From Bacteroidales bacterium (GTDB lineage: Bacteria > Bacteroidota > Bacteroidia > Bacteroidales > WCHB1-69): a stretch of DNA of 37,686 bases. Positions within the stretch are counted from its first letter, which is position 1, and each line of letters opens with the position of its first letter. The notes beneath the pieces were generated by a model. It worked only from the letters and a program-made list of their open reading frames with translations, was not told the DNA's origin and made no database searches. The translations under genes and the position numbers were made by a program. The DNA lies in assembly GCA_031285725.1 (NCBI GenBank), contig JAITVP010000173.1:1-37686 (forward strand), given 5' to 3'. Below, one piece after another: positions 7,852 to 17,502 of the stretch.

Positions 7852-8870
7852 AGTACTACTTTTCTCAAATCTTCTATCAACTTACTGAAATCATCTTCGC
7901 CGGTGTCCCACGAAGTTACCCACCGGATTTCGTCCAACTCTTCATTCCAAATGTAGAAGAAGTGATTTTCCAACAATGTATTTATTACCTTTCTTGGTAT
8001 TTTTAACAATAAAATATTTGCATCCGTGGGTTGAGTAAAGTGGGTTTGGGGAAGATCGGTCATAGCGTCTCGCAATAATTTCGCCATGCGGTTGGCATGG
8101 GCGGCGTTTTTCCGCCATAAATCATGTTGAAGATAAGCCACAAATTGCGCCGAACAATAACGCATCTTAGAGTATAATTGCGCTGATTGTTTTCGTATAT
8201 ATTTCAGATTATCAGATAGTTCTTTTCGAAAAGAGACTACTGCTTCACCCAACATCATGCCGTTTTTGGTACCACCGAAACTGAGAATATCCACCCCCGT
8301 GTCGGTAATCATCTCTTTAAACGAGGAGTTGATCGCCACCACAGCGTTGGCAAGCCGGGCACCGTCAACATGCAGATACATAGTATGATCATGAGCTATA
8401 TCGGCTAAGTCTTTAATTTCCTGAACGCTATACACCGTTCCCAATTCCGAACATTGCGAAATGTAAATCGTTTTCGGCTGGGAATGGTGCTCGTTTCCCC
8501 AATGATGAAGATAGGGTTTTAACAATTCCGGGGTCAGTTTGCCGTTGGGCGTTGGAATTTCTTTCAACGATGCTCCCGACATAAAAACCGGCGCACCACA
8601 TTCATCCACAGCGATATGCGCTGTTTCAGCTGCCAAGATAGACTGGAAGGAACGGGTAGTCGCTTGGATGGCAATGGCGTTGGCACCAGTGCCGTTGAAT
8701 ACAAAAAACGGCTCGGCCTGTTCGCCGAAATAGTCTTTAATTAAACGTATCGCTTTTTCAGTCCACGGATCATTGCCGTACGCAACAGCGTGATTTTGAT
8801 TGGCTTCCGAAAGTGCCTCCAAAATAATGGGGTGAATTCCCGAATTGTTATCACTACCGAAACTTCGCAT
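7848..8870 (-). CDS. ltaE: Low-specificity L-threonine aldolase (PLP-dependent)
   Basis: FGSDNNSGIHPIILEAL, NGTGANAIA, HVDGARLANA, and FGGTKNG with the PLP lysine. 340 aa. Confidence 0.85.
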   Translation of the reverse strand: MRSFGSDNNSGIHPIILEALSEANQNHAVAYGNDPWTEKAIRLIKDYFGEQAEPFFVFNGTGANAIAIQATTRSFQSILAAETAHIAVDECGAPVFMSGASLKEIPTPNGKLTPELLKPYLHHWGNEHHSQPKTIYISQCSELGTVYSVQEIKDLADIAHDHTMYLHVDGARLANAVVAINSSFKEMITDTGVDILSFGGTKNGMMLGEAVVSFRKELSDNLKYIRKQSAQLYSKMRYCSAQFVAYLQHDLWRKNAAHANRMAKLLRDAMTDLPQTHFTQPTDANILLLKIPRKVINTLLENHFFYIWNEELDEIRWVTSWDTGEDDFSKLIEDLRKVVL

Positions 8871-8887
8871 TCTCTTGTTTTTGGGCG

Positions 8888-8895
8888 CAAAAATA
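8888..8895 (-). promoter_or_regulatory. -7 promoter box TAttTTTG for ltaE
   Basis: The plus strand reads caaaaata, 17 nt upstream of the ltaE ATG. It is divergent from the sufC box. Confidence 0.5.
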
Positions 8896-8899
8896 ATAT

Positions 8900-8907
8900 T
8901 ATTTTTG
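8900..8907 (+). promoter_or_regulatory. -7 promoter box TAttTTTG for sufC
   Basis: tatttttg lies 21 nt upstream of the ATG at 8929. Confidence 0.5.
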
Positions 8908-8928
8908 CAGCCTTAAAAATATCTTTTT

Positions 8929-9696
8929 ATGTTATTGAAAATAGAGAATCTCCATGTCTCCATTCATGGAAAAGAGATACTGAAAGGGTTTAATTTGGAA
9001 GTTGACCGGGGTGAAGTACACGCCATTATGGGACCGAACGGAACGGGAAAAAGCACGCTGGCGGCCGTGATTGCCGGAAAGGAAGTTTTTGACGTGACCA
9101 AAGGCAGCATCACTTACAAAGGCAAGGATTTGCTCGCCATGTCGATCGAAGAGCGCGCCCGAGAGGGGATCTTCATCGGATTCCAGTACCCTGTTGAAAT
9201 ACCGGGAGTTAGTATTGCCAACTTCATGCGTACCGCCCTGAACGAAATACGTCAATATCGGGGAGAAGAGCCGTTGACAGCCGCACAGTTTCTCCGTCTG
9301 ATGGAAGAGAAGAAGAAAGTGGTTGAACTCACGGCTAAACTGAGCGACCGTTCTGTGAATGAGGGATTTTCGGGTGGAGAGAAAAAGAAAAACGAGATTT
9401 TCCAAATGGCGATGCTCGAACCCAAACTCGCTATCTTGGACGAAACTGATTCCGGCCTCGATATCGATGCGCTCCGCGTGGTCGCTAATGGTGTGAACCA
9501 GCTGAGAAGTCCAGAAAATGCCATTATCGTCATCACCCATTACCAACGACTGCTCGATTATATCGTTCCCGATAAAGTTCATGTACTTTATGATGGAAAA
9601 ATTGTTAAATCCGGTACAAAAGAGCTGGCACTTGAATTAGAGGAGAAGGGATATGACTGGATTAAGAAAGAGTATGAACAAGGTAAACTAACATAG
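8929..9696 (+). CDS. sufC: Fe-S cluster assembly ATPase SufC
   Basis: Walker A GPNGTGKST, ABC signature FSGGEKKKNEI, Walker B LAILDETDSGLD, 255 aa. Confidence 0.95.
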   Translation: MLLKIENLHVSIHGKEILKGFNLEVDRGEVHAIMGPNGTGKSTLAAVIAGKEVFDVTKGSITYKGKDLLAMSIEERAREGIFIGFQYPVEIPGVSIANFMRTALNEIRQYRGEEPLTAAQFLRLMEEKKKVVELTAKLSDRSVNEGFSGGEKKKNEIFQMAMLEPKLAILDETDSGLDIDALRVVANGVNQLRSPENAIIVITHYQRLLDYIVPDKVHVLYDGKIVKSGTKELALELEEKGYDWIKKEYEQGKLT

Positions 9697-9698
9697 AA

Positions 9699-11087
9699 AT
9701 GACTCCTTTCACTCAATATATAGTGAATTTGTTTGAGAAAAACGCAAAGCAGTTGACGGAAGGCGATGTGGGTTTTTTAGCAGATTTACGGAAAAAAGCC
9801 ATCGCTGTTTTTGCGGAACGGGGATTCCCCACGGGAAAAATGGAGTCTTGGCGGCATCATCCGTTGGATCAACATGTTGAAAAAGAGTATACGCTACAAC
9901 TCACCCCGGAACCATACCTGCCCATTGATAAAGTTTTTAAATGTAAAATCGGGAATATTGGGACGAATATGTTCACTTTGATGAATGGCTGGTATGTACA
10001 CCAACATGCGCCACTCACCATCTTTCCGAACGGCATGATGGTGGGTTCGCTGTTGATGGCTATCCAACAACATCCCGATCTCGTGAAAGCCCATCTGGCT
10101 CAACAAGATTTACAGAAAACCGATCCGTTAGTGGCTATGAATGAGTCACTTTTCACAGATGGTCTTTTCATTTACGTACCAGACAATCTCCATGTGGATC
10201 AGCCAATTCAGATGGTGAGCTTGGCCACATCTAAAGAAAATTTGTTAATTCAAAATAGAAACCTGATTGTTCTAGGCAAAAATGCCTCGCTCTCGATCAT
10301 TTATTGCAACGACTCCATACATGACGGTAAATCGTTCACCAACAATGTCACAGAGATTAGTTTGGATGAGCAAGCGAAGATGAACTACTACAAAATGGAG
10401 AACAAGGATCCTGATTCGCTGTTGATTGACCATATTTTGGTGGATGGAAAAACGTCCGCCCAATTCCTCTCCAACACAATCACGTTCAACGCCGGTTATG
10501 TGCGCACAATGATCACGGTGAATCTGAACGAGCCTTATGCGGATGCCAAATTGTATGGTTTATATTTGGTTGACAAAATGCAATATGTTGATAACCATGT
10601 TTTTGTATGGCATAAAGCCACAGATTGCACCAGCACGCAACTCTACAAGGGTGTGATCGATAATGAAGCGACAGCGAATTTTAACGGACATATTTTGGTT
10701 GCGCAAGATGCCCAACGCACAGCAGCGTTTCAAACCAACCGTAACATCACGTTGACCGACGAAGCCCGCATCATGACCAAGCCTTTTCTGGAAATTTATG
10801 CCGATGATGTACAATGCAGTCACGGTGCCACGGTCGGGCAGCTCAACGACGAAGCGCTTTTTTACTTGCGTTCACGTGGAATTTGCGAACGTAATGCCCG
10901 TATACTGTTACTCTATGCATTTGCTAATGAAATCGTTGAAACTATCGAGATCGAGAGTTTACGCCATCGCCTAACCGATATGGTGAAAAAAAGGATTCGG
11001 GGCGAGTTTTCCCACTGTGAAGAGTGCGTATTACATTGCTCTGATCCTAAGGATATTACGTTCAGCATAGACGTTAGCAAAATCTGA
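9699..11087 (+). CDS. sufD: Fe-S cluster assembly protein SufD
   Basis: It follows sufC by 2 nt. The C-terminal beta-helix region ...FQTNRNITL...KPFLEIYADDVQCSHGATVGQLNDEALFYLRSRGI... is typical of SufB/SufD. Confidence 0.9.
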   Translation: MTPFTQYIVNLFEKNAKQLTEGDVGFLADLRKKAIAVFAERGFPTGKMESWRHHPLDQHVEKEYTLQLTPEPYLPIDKVFKCKIGNIGTNMFTLMNGWYVHQHAPLTIFPNGMMVGSLLMAIQQHPDLVKAHLAQQDLQKTDPLVAMNESLFTDGLFIYVPDNLHVDQPIQMVSLATSKENLLIQNRNLIVLGKNASLSIIYCNDSIHDGKSFTNNVTEISLDEQAKMNYYKMENKDPDSLLIDHILVDGKTSAQFLSNTITFNAGYVRTMITVNLNEPYADAKLYGLYLVDKMQYVDNHVFVWHKATDCTSTQLYKGVIDNEATANFNGHILVAQDAQRTAAFQTNRNITLTDEARIMTKPFLEIYADDVQCSHGATVGQLNDEALFYLRSRGICERNARILLLYAFANEIVETIEIESLRHRLTDMVKKRIRGEFSHCEECVLHCSDPKDITFSIDVSKI

Positions 11088-11092
11088 TATTG

Positions 11093-13540
11093 ATGATTTA
11101 TCCACATACTTTTGAAGAAAAAACAGGATTCATTCAACTACGATCACTGCTTAGTGACCAGTGTGTCAGTGAGATGGCACGGGAAAGGGTAGAATCGTTA
11201 TCCTATTCTTCCGATTTTCAAGAAATTAAATTGCGCATCGAACAAACTGAAGAGTTCCGGTCGGTGCTTCTTTTCGAGGATCCGTTTCCGGCTCAGGAAT
11301 TCTACGATCTGCGGCCTGTTTTTCAACGGATACACATTGATGGCACGTTCATTGAACTTGAAGAGTTGGTGTTATTGCGGGGTTTCATTAATGCGATAAC
11401 GCAAGTTTTTGTCTATTTTCGGATACAAAATGATGAGGAAAAATATCCACGCCTGTGGGATTTGTGCAAGGATATACAATTGGAAAAGAATCTATTAGAA
11501 TCTATTAACAAGGTATTGGATCCCAAAGGAAATTTGCGGGACAACGCTTCGGATGAGTTGCGGCGGATCAAGCGGGAAATTATTCGGGTTTCCGGGGAAG
11601 CGGATAAAAAAATTCGGAAGATATTGTTAGAGGCCAAACAAAACGGCTTGGTAAAAGAGGATGCCGAGATGACCATCCGGAACGGTCGGGTCTGTATTCC
11701 CGTGCCTTCCGTTTTTAAACGGCGGATGCAGGGTTTCATTCACGATGAATCGGCTACAGGACAAACCGTTTTCATCGAACCCACGGCGGTATTTGATGCT
11801 AATAATGCGTTAAAAGATTTGATTAATGCTGAAAAAAGAGAAATTATCCGTATTCTCACTGAACTGAGCAACGAGATCCGCCCCGCCATCCCAAACCTAA
11901 TGACCGGGCACGATTTTATCGGTGAAATTGACTTCATCCGGGCGAAAGCCAAGTTAGCCATCGAGATCAAAGGAATCAAGCCGAACGTATTGGATGATAC
12001 GATTATAAATTGGCAAGACGCCGTCCATCCTTTGCTATTCCTCAACTTTAAAGGAACCGGCAAGAAAGTAGTGTCGTTGTCTTTACAACTCACAAAAAAT
12101 GAGCGCGTTTTGATCATTTCTGGACCCAATGCCGGTGGGAAATCTGTTTGCCTTAAAACCGTGGGACTGTTGCAATATATGTTGCAATGCGGTTTGTTAG
12201 TTCCGATGAAAGAGACATCCGACATGGGTGTTTTCGAGGATTTTTTTATCGACATTGGCGATGAACAATCCATTGATAATGATTTGAGTACATACAGTTC
12301 ACATTTGTATAATCTGAAAACGATGATTGAGCATCTGAATGCGAAATCGTTATTTTTGATTGATGAGTTTGGTTCGGGAACAGAGCCGGTGTTAGGCGGT
12401 GCTATGGCGGAGTCGATCTTGGAGAGGATCTACGATCTGCAGCCATTCGGCATTATTACCACACACTTCGGCAATTTGAAAGTGTTTCCCGACACCCACA
12501 AAGAGGCAATCAATGGGGCAATGTTATTTGACACGCAAGCACTTAAACCTCTGTTTATCTTGAAAGTAGGCAAACCGGGCAGTTCGTTCACTTACGAAAT
12601 CGCCCGCCAAATAGGATTGCCGTCAGAGATTATTAATACCGCCATCCAAAAATCGGGAACGGCACAAATTGATTATGAGAAGAAGTTAGAAGATGTTGAA
12701 TTAGAAAAGATTGAAATCGACAAAACGTTGAAGTTAGTGCACAATGCCGATGATCAGTTGGCCGCTATGATTCAAGAATATACCGACAAGTATAACCTCT
12801 TGGAAAAACAACGCAAAGATATTCTGACCCAAGCCAAAAATCAGGCTATATCCATCATTGACAATGCTAACAAATTGATAGAAAAAACGATCCGGGATAT
12901 CAAGGAAGCACAAGCCGAACCGGTGAAGACCAAAGAAATCCGGAAGGAAGTCGCAGAGCAGAAGGAGGTGATCAAGCAACAGCCGTTGCCTACCCCAACC
13001 GTGGAGATTCCCAAACCTGTTCCGGTGAAAAAATGCCCTGCTCCGAAAATCAAACCGGAAACCGCTGAAGACACGAAAATCAAAGTGGGCGATTTGGTTT
13101 TTATGGCCGACACACAGATCACCGGCGAGGTAATGATACTGAACGGTCGAGACATCACCATCGGATTCAACTCCATCAGTCTGCGAACGACCATCGACAA
13201 AGTGATAAAAATCAGCAAGAAAGAAGCGAGAACGGTGGCGAGAACTTCCAAAATGGACGGTACCACGATTTCGGAAGTGATGAACCGCAAGGTCGCCGAG
13301 TTCAACCACACGTTGGATCTTCGGGGTAAGCGCGCCGACGAAGCCGTTGAAGAGTTGGAAACCTACGTGGATGAGGTTTTACTGCTCGGCGTCAAACAGG
13401 TGAAGATCTTACATGGCAAAGGCAATGGAATCCTGCGTCACGTTGTCCGCCAAGCCTTAGGCAAACGCAAGGAAGTGCGCGCTTTCCGAGATGAGATGTT
13501 GGAATTGGGAGGAGCAGGGATTACGGTGGTGGAGATGTAG
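11093..13540 (+). CDS. mutS2: Endonuclease MutS2 (MutS domain V ATPase plus C-terminal Smr domain)
   Basis: Walker A ISGPNAGGKS, LIDEFGSGTEP, a Lys/Glu-rich coiled coil, and an Smr tail LDLRGKRADEA...KILHGKGNGILR. The track start at 11090 is TTG; the adjacent ATG at 11093 is preferred. Confidence 0.9.
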   Translation: MIYPHTFEEKTGFIQLRSLLSDQCVSEMARERVESLSYSSDFQEIKLRIEQTEEFRSVLLFEDPFPAQEFYDLRPVFQRIHIDGTFIELEELVLLRGFINAITQVFVYFRIQNDEEKYPRLWDLCKDIQLEKNLLESINKVLDPKGNLRDNASDELRRIKREIIRVSGEADKKIRKILLEAKQNGLVKEDAEMTIRNGRVCIPVPSVFKRRMQGFIHDESATGQTVFIEPTAVFDANNALKDLINAEKREIIRILTELSNEIRPAIPNLMTGHDFIGEIDFIRAKAKLAIEIKGIKPNVLDDTIINWQDAVHPLLFLNFKGTGKKVVSLSLQLTKNERVLIISGPNAGGKSVCLKTVGLLQYMLQCGLLVPMKETSDMGVFEDFFIDIGDEQSIDNDLSTYSSHLYNLKTMIEHLNAKSLFLIDEFGSGTEPVLGGAMAESILERIYDLQPFGIITTHFGNLKVFPDTHKEAINGAMLFDTQALKPLFILKVGKPGSSFTYEIARQIGLPSEIINTAIQKSGTAQIDYEKKLEDVELEKIEIDKTLKLVHNADDQLAAMIQEYTDKYNLLEKQRKDILTQAKNQAISIIDNANKLIEKTIRDIKEAQAEPVKTKEIRKEVAEQKEVIKQQPLPTPTVEIPKPVPVKKCPAPKIKPETAEDTKIKVGDLVFMADTQITGEVMILNGRDITIGFNSISLRTTIDKVIKISKKEARTVARTSKMDGTTISEVMNRKVAEFNHTLDLRGKRADEAVEELETYVDEVLLLGVKQVKILHGKGNGILRHVVRQALGKRKEVRAFRDEMLELGGAGITVVEM

Positions 13541-13564
13541 ATTGAACCTCAAAAGCGCAAAATT

Positions 13565-14329
13565 CTATTCCACACTGGTTATAGCATAAATCGCTGATCC
13601 ACTACCAGATAAAGATACATATTCCGCTCCGGAACCATACAATTCTTGTTTGATCCGGGCTAATTCGGGATATAGCTTGAAAAGCGGCTCTTCAAAATCA
13701 TTGACAATAATCTTTTTCCATGTTTCAATAGGTTGTCGGATGGCCTCCCGTAGGTCAATGGGTGATTTTTTTGGAATGATGTTGCGGTAGGCTTCCGCCG
13801 TGGAGATGGAGAACGGCGGTTTCACGATCGTAATCGTTTTGTGATTCAAATCCAAAGAGATCGGTTCCATGATCTCTCCTCGACCGGTGGCAAAAACGGG
13901 CTGGTTTTCAATGAAAAACGGCACATCGCTGCCTAGTTTCATGGCGTGATTTTTGAGTTCATTGTTGTGCAAATTCAATCCGGCAATCTCGTTGACCATC
14001 TTTAGCACAAACGCCGCATCGGAAGAGCCCCCGCCCAATCCTGCCACCGTGGGGATCTCTTTGTGCAACGTGATTGTCAAAAATGGAACTTTATACTCTT
14101 TTTCCAGCAATCTATACGCTTTCATACAGAGGTTTTCTTCCGGATTGGCAGTCAGATTATCAGGATTAACGAGTAAGGTGGTCTTCGCATCTTTTGCCAA
14201 CTCAATTTCAATTTTATCTTTTTTATTTTCAATTGGATAAAAAATTGTTTCCAGGTTATGAAAACCATCGGGTCGTTTCTCGGTTATATACAAACCTATA
14301 TTAATTTTAGGATTAGGATGGGCGATCAT
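13565..14329 (-). CDS. ispE: 4-diphosphocytidyl-2-C-methyl-D-erythritol kinase
   Basis: PKINIGLYITEKRPDGFHNLETIF and the GHMP motif IPTVAGLGGGSSDAA. Confidence 0.9.
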   Translation of the reverse strand: MIAHPNPKINIGLYITEKRPDGFHNLETIFYPIENKKDKIEIELAKDAKTTLLVNPDNLTANPEENLCMKAYRLLEKEYKVPFLTITLHKEIPTVAGLGGGSSDAAFVLKMVNEIAGLNLHNNELKNHAMKLGSDVPFFIENQPVFATGRGEIMEPISLDLNHKTITIVKPPFSISTAEAYRNIIPKKSPIDLREAIRQPIETWKKIIVNDFEEPLFKLYPELARIKQELYGSGAEYVSLSGSGSAIYAITSVE

Positions 14330-14339
14330 TTATTTTTAC

Positions 14340-14347
14340 TAATTTTG
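14340..14347 (+). promoter_or_regulatory. -7 promoter box TAatTTTG
   Basis: taattttg lies 32 nt upstream of the ATG at 14380. Confidence 0.45.
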
Positions 14348-14379
14348 GCGGCTAAATTACGAAAAAAGAGGGCAGTTAT

Positions 14380-15897
14380 ATGCAGTTGATCCCCCCGCTT
14401 CTCAGAAGCTATTTTCTTTTACGGAAACAACGTATAGAAAATACCCGAAAAAATCCCATCCCACAACAACATCAATGGTTCAACTACTTGACCAAACACG
14501 GAAACGGCACCCTTTTCTTTCAAGATTTCGATCTCTATGACCAGATTTCTTACCAAACTTTCACCGACAATGTTCCCCTGCAAAACTACAATTCGCTTTT
14601 TCCTTACATCGAAAAAATAATCAAAGGTGATGCTAACATACTGTGGAACATGCCAATCAAATGGATGGCGAAATCTTCGGGAACCACGGAAACTAAAAGC
14701 AAATTCATTCCGGTCAGCCGGGAATCCCTGTGGATCAACAACTACCGTTGCGCTCAAGACACTCTGACCTGTTACAGCCTTTTATTTCCTAAGAACAAGT
14801 TTTTTTCGGGAAAAAGTTTGGCTTTAGGCGGCTGTTTCGAAGAAAAAGCAGAAAATACGGCGATTCGCGTCGGCGATGTTTCCGCCATATTGCTCGGTAA
14901 TATACCTCAAATTGGGGATTTTTTGAAAGCCTCCAACAGGAAAATCCTATTGCACGACAACTGGAATGAAAAATTGTCAATGTTAGCGCAAAGCACGGTC
15001 AATCAAAATGTAACATCGCTTTCCGGTGTTCCGTCTTGGATGTTGCTCGTGTTACGGGAAGTGTTGAAAATTTCCGGCAAAGAACATATCAAAGACGTGT
15101 GGCCCAATTTGGAAATCTTCATGCACGGCGGAGTTTCGTTTGCACCCTATAAGGAAGAGTACAAAAAAATGATTCCTGATGGCAGCATTTTTTACATGAA
15201 TATGTATAATGCGTCCGAAGGATTTTTTGGTTTTCAAGATCAAAGGGATTCCGATGACATGCTGCTTTTGACCGACTGCGGCGTGTTTTATGAATTTATT
15301 CCCATCGACGAAGTGGGCGTGATAAATAACAACGCTATTCCGTTAGAAGGTGTTAAAATCGGTCAAAATTATGCGATGGCGATCACCACGCCGGCCGGTT
15401 TGTGGCGTTATATCATCGGTGATACCGTGCAATTTACTTCCACTTCACCCTATCGTTTCAAGATCACGGGACGGACTATGCACTATATCAACGCTTTTGG
15501 CGAGGAACTGATCATCGACAATGCAGACAATGCACTCTATTGGGCTTGCGAGCAAACCGGCGCGTCATTCACCGATTACACGGTAGCTCCCGTTTTCCTC
15601 GAAAAGGATAAATCCAAGGCTTGCCATGAGTGGGTGATCGAATTTGCGAGCCCTCCGGCCGATCTTCCCCATTTCACAAAACTGTTAGATGACAAGCTCC
15701 AATCACTTAATTCCGACTATGAAACGAAGCGCACCGGTGAACTGATCCTGAATATGCCAACAATACACATCGCTCCCCAAGGCACTTTCATGAAGTGGCT
15801 CGATTCCCGGGGACATTTAGGCGGTCAACACAAAGTGCCACGTTTGCAAAACGATCGAAAGATTATGGAGGAAATTTTGCCGATGGTGTATTTTTAA
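14380..15897 (+). CDS. GH3 auxin-responsive-promoter family (acyl-adenylate-forming) protein
   Basis: WMAKSSGTTETKSKFIPVS plus a 505-aa length, as in the GH3-family proteins common in Bacteroidetes. Confidence 0.8.
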   Translation: MQLIPPLLRSYFLLRKQRIENTRKNPIPQQHQWFNYLTKHGNGTLFFQDFDLYDQISYQTFTDNVPLQNYNSLFPYIEKIIKGDANILWNMPIKWMAKSSGTTETKSKFIPVSRESLWINNYRCAQDTLTCYSLLFPKNKFFSGKSLALGGCFEEKAENTAIRVGDVSAILLGNIPQIGDFLKASNRKILLHDNWNEKLSMLAQSTVNQNVTSLSGVPSWMLLVLREVLKISGKEHIKDVWPNLEIFMHGGVSFAPYKEEYKKMIPDGSIFYMNMYNASEGFFGFQDQRDSDDMLLLTDCGVFYEFIPIDEVGVINNNAIPLEGVKIGQNYAMAITTPAGLWRYIIGDTVQFTSTSPYRFKITGRTMHYINAFGEELIIDNADNALYWACEQTGASFTDYTVAPVFLEKDKSKACHEWVIEFASPPADLPHFTKLLDDKLQSLNSDYETKRTGELILNMPTIHIAPQGTFMKWLDSRGHLGGQHKVPRLQNDRKIMEEILPMVYF

Positions 15898-16013
15898 AAA
15901 TAAACAAGACAACAGTAATTCAAACACTCAATCTGTAAATCGGAAGAAAAGAAATCGAGATTTAGATTGTAGAAATTATCACTATTATGTATCAATCATA
16001 TACGCAACACGCT

Positions 16014-16046
16014 AAAAATGAAATAAAGTTTGTTTATTCCATTTTT
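16014..16046. terminator. Possible bidirectional terminator between the convergent GH3 gene and the peptide operon
   Basis: aaaaATGAAATAAAgtttgTTTATTCCATtttt is a 10-bp AT-rich stem with one mismatch, flanked by an A-run and a T-run. Weak. Confidence 0.35.
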
Positions 16047-16069
16047 AACGTATGGAGAATGCTCTCTTT

Positions 16070-16378
16070 TTATACAATGGTCGTCACTGTTATATTAGTA
16101 GAGATGTAGGAATTTTCACGAATAGAAACAGGTGATATTACCGCACATAAATTTGCACCAGCATTACAACCCACATTCAATGTGGTATCAGCGGCCGAAC
16201 ATTTTTCAAGATGATCAGCTCTTATTAATGTTTCTCCTGAAGTACATTTCACAGTAATCCTAATTTCTACTCCTCCCAAGAGATTAACCATTTGTTCATT
16301 CTTAATCTTATAAGTAGCAAATAATGAATTAAGAATATTTGTCTCTATTTTTTTTGTTTTTTTCATAATCGTCTTCAT
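16070..16378 (-). CDS. Precursor peptide, B-type, copy 2 (double-glycine leader, Cys-rich core)
   Basis: Leader ...IKNEQMVNLLGG, then VEIRITVKC-x14-CSAADTTLNVGC. It is a paralogue of 18870-19157 (shared LGG.EI.I...C, EKCSAADT, GA.L..VI.P). The start is 1 nt after the A2 stop. An alternative ATG lies at 16366. Confidence 0.75.
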   Translation of the reverse strand: MKTIMKKTKKIETNILNSLFATYKIKNEQMVNLLGGVEIRITVKCTSGETLIRADHLEKCSAADTTLNVGCNAGANLCAVISPVSIRENSYISTNITVTTIV

Positions 16379-16379
16379 A

Positions 16380-16658
16380 TTAAAAATGAGTCACTGTCAT
16401 TTGAGGCATCCTATCACTTTTAGGCAAAATTGACTTAACACATGGCCCTTCTTTCAAACTAGCAGTTAAAGAGCATTCATATGTAACATCCCCTATGGTA
16501 ACACTTAAACATGAACCTACACCAAATGGTGTGCAATACAATGTAGTTGAGGAACCATTGCATTTTACCATATCGCCTCCTATAATATCGCCAATGACAT
16601 TTATTGAAAATTTGTTAAAATCATCGATTTTCTTTTCTATTAAATTTATTTTTTTCAT
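16380..16658 (-). CDS. Precursor peptide, A-type, copy 2 (double-glycine leader, Cys-rich core)
   Basis: MKKINLIEKKIDDFNKFSINVIGDIIGG, then DMVKCNGSSTTLYCTPFGVGSCLSVTIGDVTYEC. It is a paralogue of 19181-19459, with about half of positions identical by hand alignment. Confidence 0.75.
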   Translation of the reverse strand: MKKINLIEKKIDDFNKFSINVIGDIIGGDMVKCNGSSTTLYCTPFGVGSCLSVTIGDVTYECSLTASLKEGPCVKSILPKSDRMPQMTVTHF

Positions 16659-16674
16659 ATAGCATTTTTATTCA

Positions 16675-17502
16675 TTAAAATTCTAAAATCTCCATATAAA
16701 CCCGAAAACCAACAGTTATATCTTTATCTTTATATATTTTTTTGGATGTAGTTCTCACTTCATATCCTAGTGATAAAAAATCCCCTCCCATAGCAATACT
16801 ATCTATTTGCACCATCTCTGATACATTTCCTACAATATCAAAAACACCGTAAGGGGTTGTTCCATAACTAGCGACAGGTTGAGTACTGTTATTGGGCAAG
16901 GTATTATAGTATCCATATCGAAGTTCATATCGATCAATAAACATAAGATTTTCTTGAGGAAGTGCAGTGAAGTTACAAAGTTTGTCTTTTTTTTGATCAT
17001 ACAACGTATTGTTTCCCCAAGGATAGAAAATTTTTTCAATATCAAAACCTGAACTTGCCACTCTGATAAATTCTTCCTCTGTAGGCAATCGGAACAGAAC
17101 TTTTTTGTATTGTTTCTTCGAACTTGAATTATATTTATCTGTCAACCAACGACAAAATTCAATTGCACTATAATATGAAATGCCAACGACAGGATGATCT
17201 TGAAATAAATCATCATTGAAATAATAGTCTTTATTTCCATACGAAGTTGACTCCCACGTTTTTTCCCATAATGTAGAATCATACATCACTAAAGAATTAT
17301 CCAATCCTTTTTCCTTTCTTTCTGTTAAAAATAATTTATAATCTTTTATTGTAACTTCGTATTTGTCAACATAATAGGTGTCCGAAATTTTCACAAACCG
17401 ATTTTTAAAATCAATGATGTAAGGCACTTCCTGTTTTTTCATTGAGCCACATAACAATACATATGGAATAATTGCAACAAATAAAAATAATTTACTTTTC
17501 AT
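16675..17502 (-). CDS. FGE/SUMF1-fold (formylglycine-generating-enzyme family, GldJ/GldK-like) protein with N-terminal signal or lipoprotein sequence
   Basis: YYVDKYEVTIKDYKLFL, HPVVGISYYSAIEFCRWL, FRLPTEEEF, YGVFDIVGNVSEMV and GFRV follow the PF03781 motif order. The N-terminus MKSKLFLFVAIIPYVLLCGS is hydrophobic with a possible lipobox Cys. The ATG overlaps the rSAM gene end by 11 nt. Confidence 0.8.
   Translation of the reverse strand: MKSKLFLFVAIIPYVLLCGSMKKQEVPYIIDFKNRFVKISDTYYVDKYEVTIKDYKLFLTERKEKGLDNSLVMYDSTLWEKTWESTSYGNKDYYFNDDLFQDHPVVGISYYSAIEFCRWLTDKYNSSSKKQYKKVLFRLPTEEEFIRVASSGFDIEKIFYPWGNNTLYDQKKDKLCNFTALPQENLMFIDRYELRYGYYNTLPNNSTQPVASYGTTPYGVFDIVGNVSEMVQIDSIAMGGDFLSLGYEVRTTSKKIYKDKDITVGFRVYMEILEF

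Noticed and set aside
8929-11087. sufC-sufD without flanking sufB or sufS as an anomaly
   Set aside because: Both genes look intact. The partners can be elsewhere, and without the genome this is context only.
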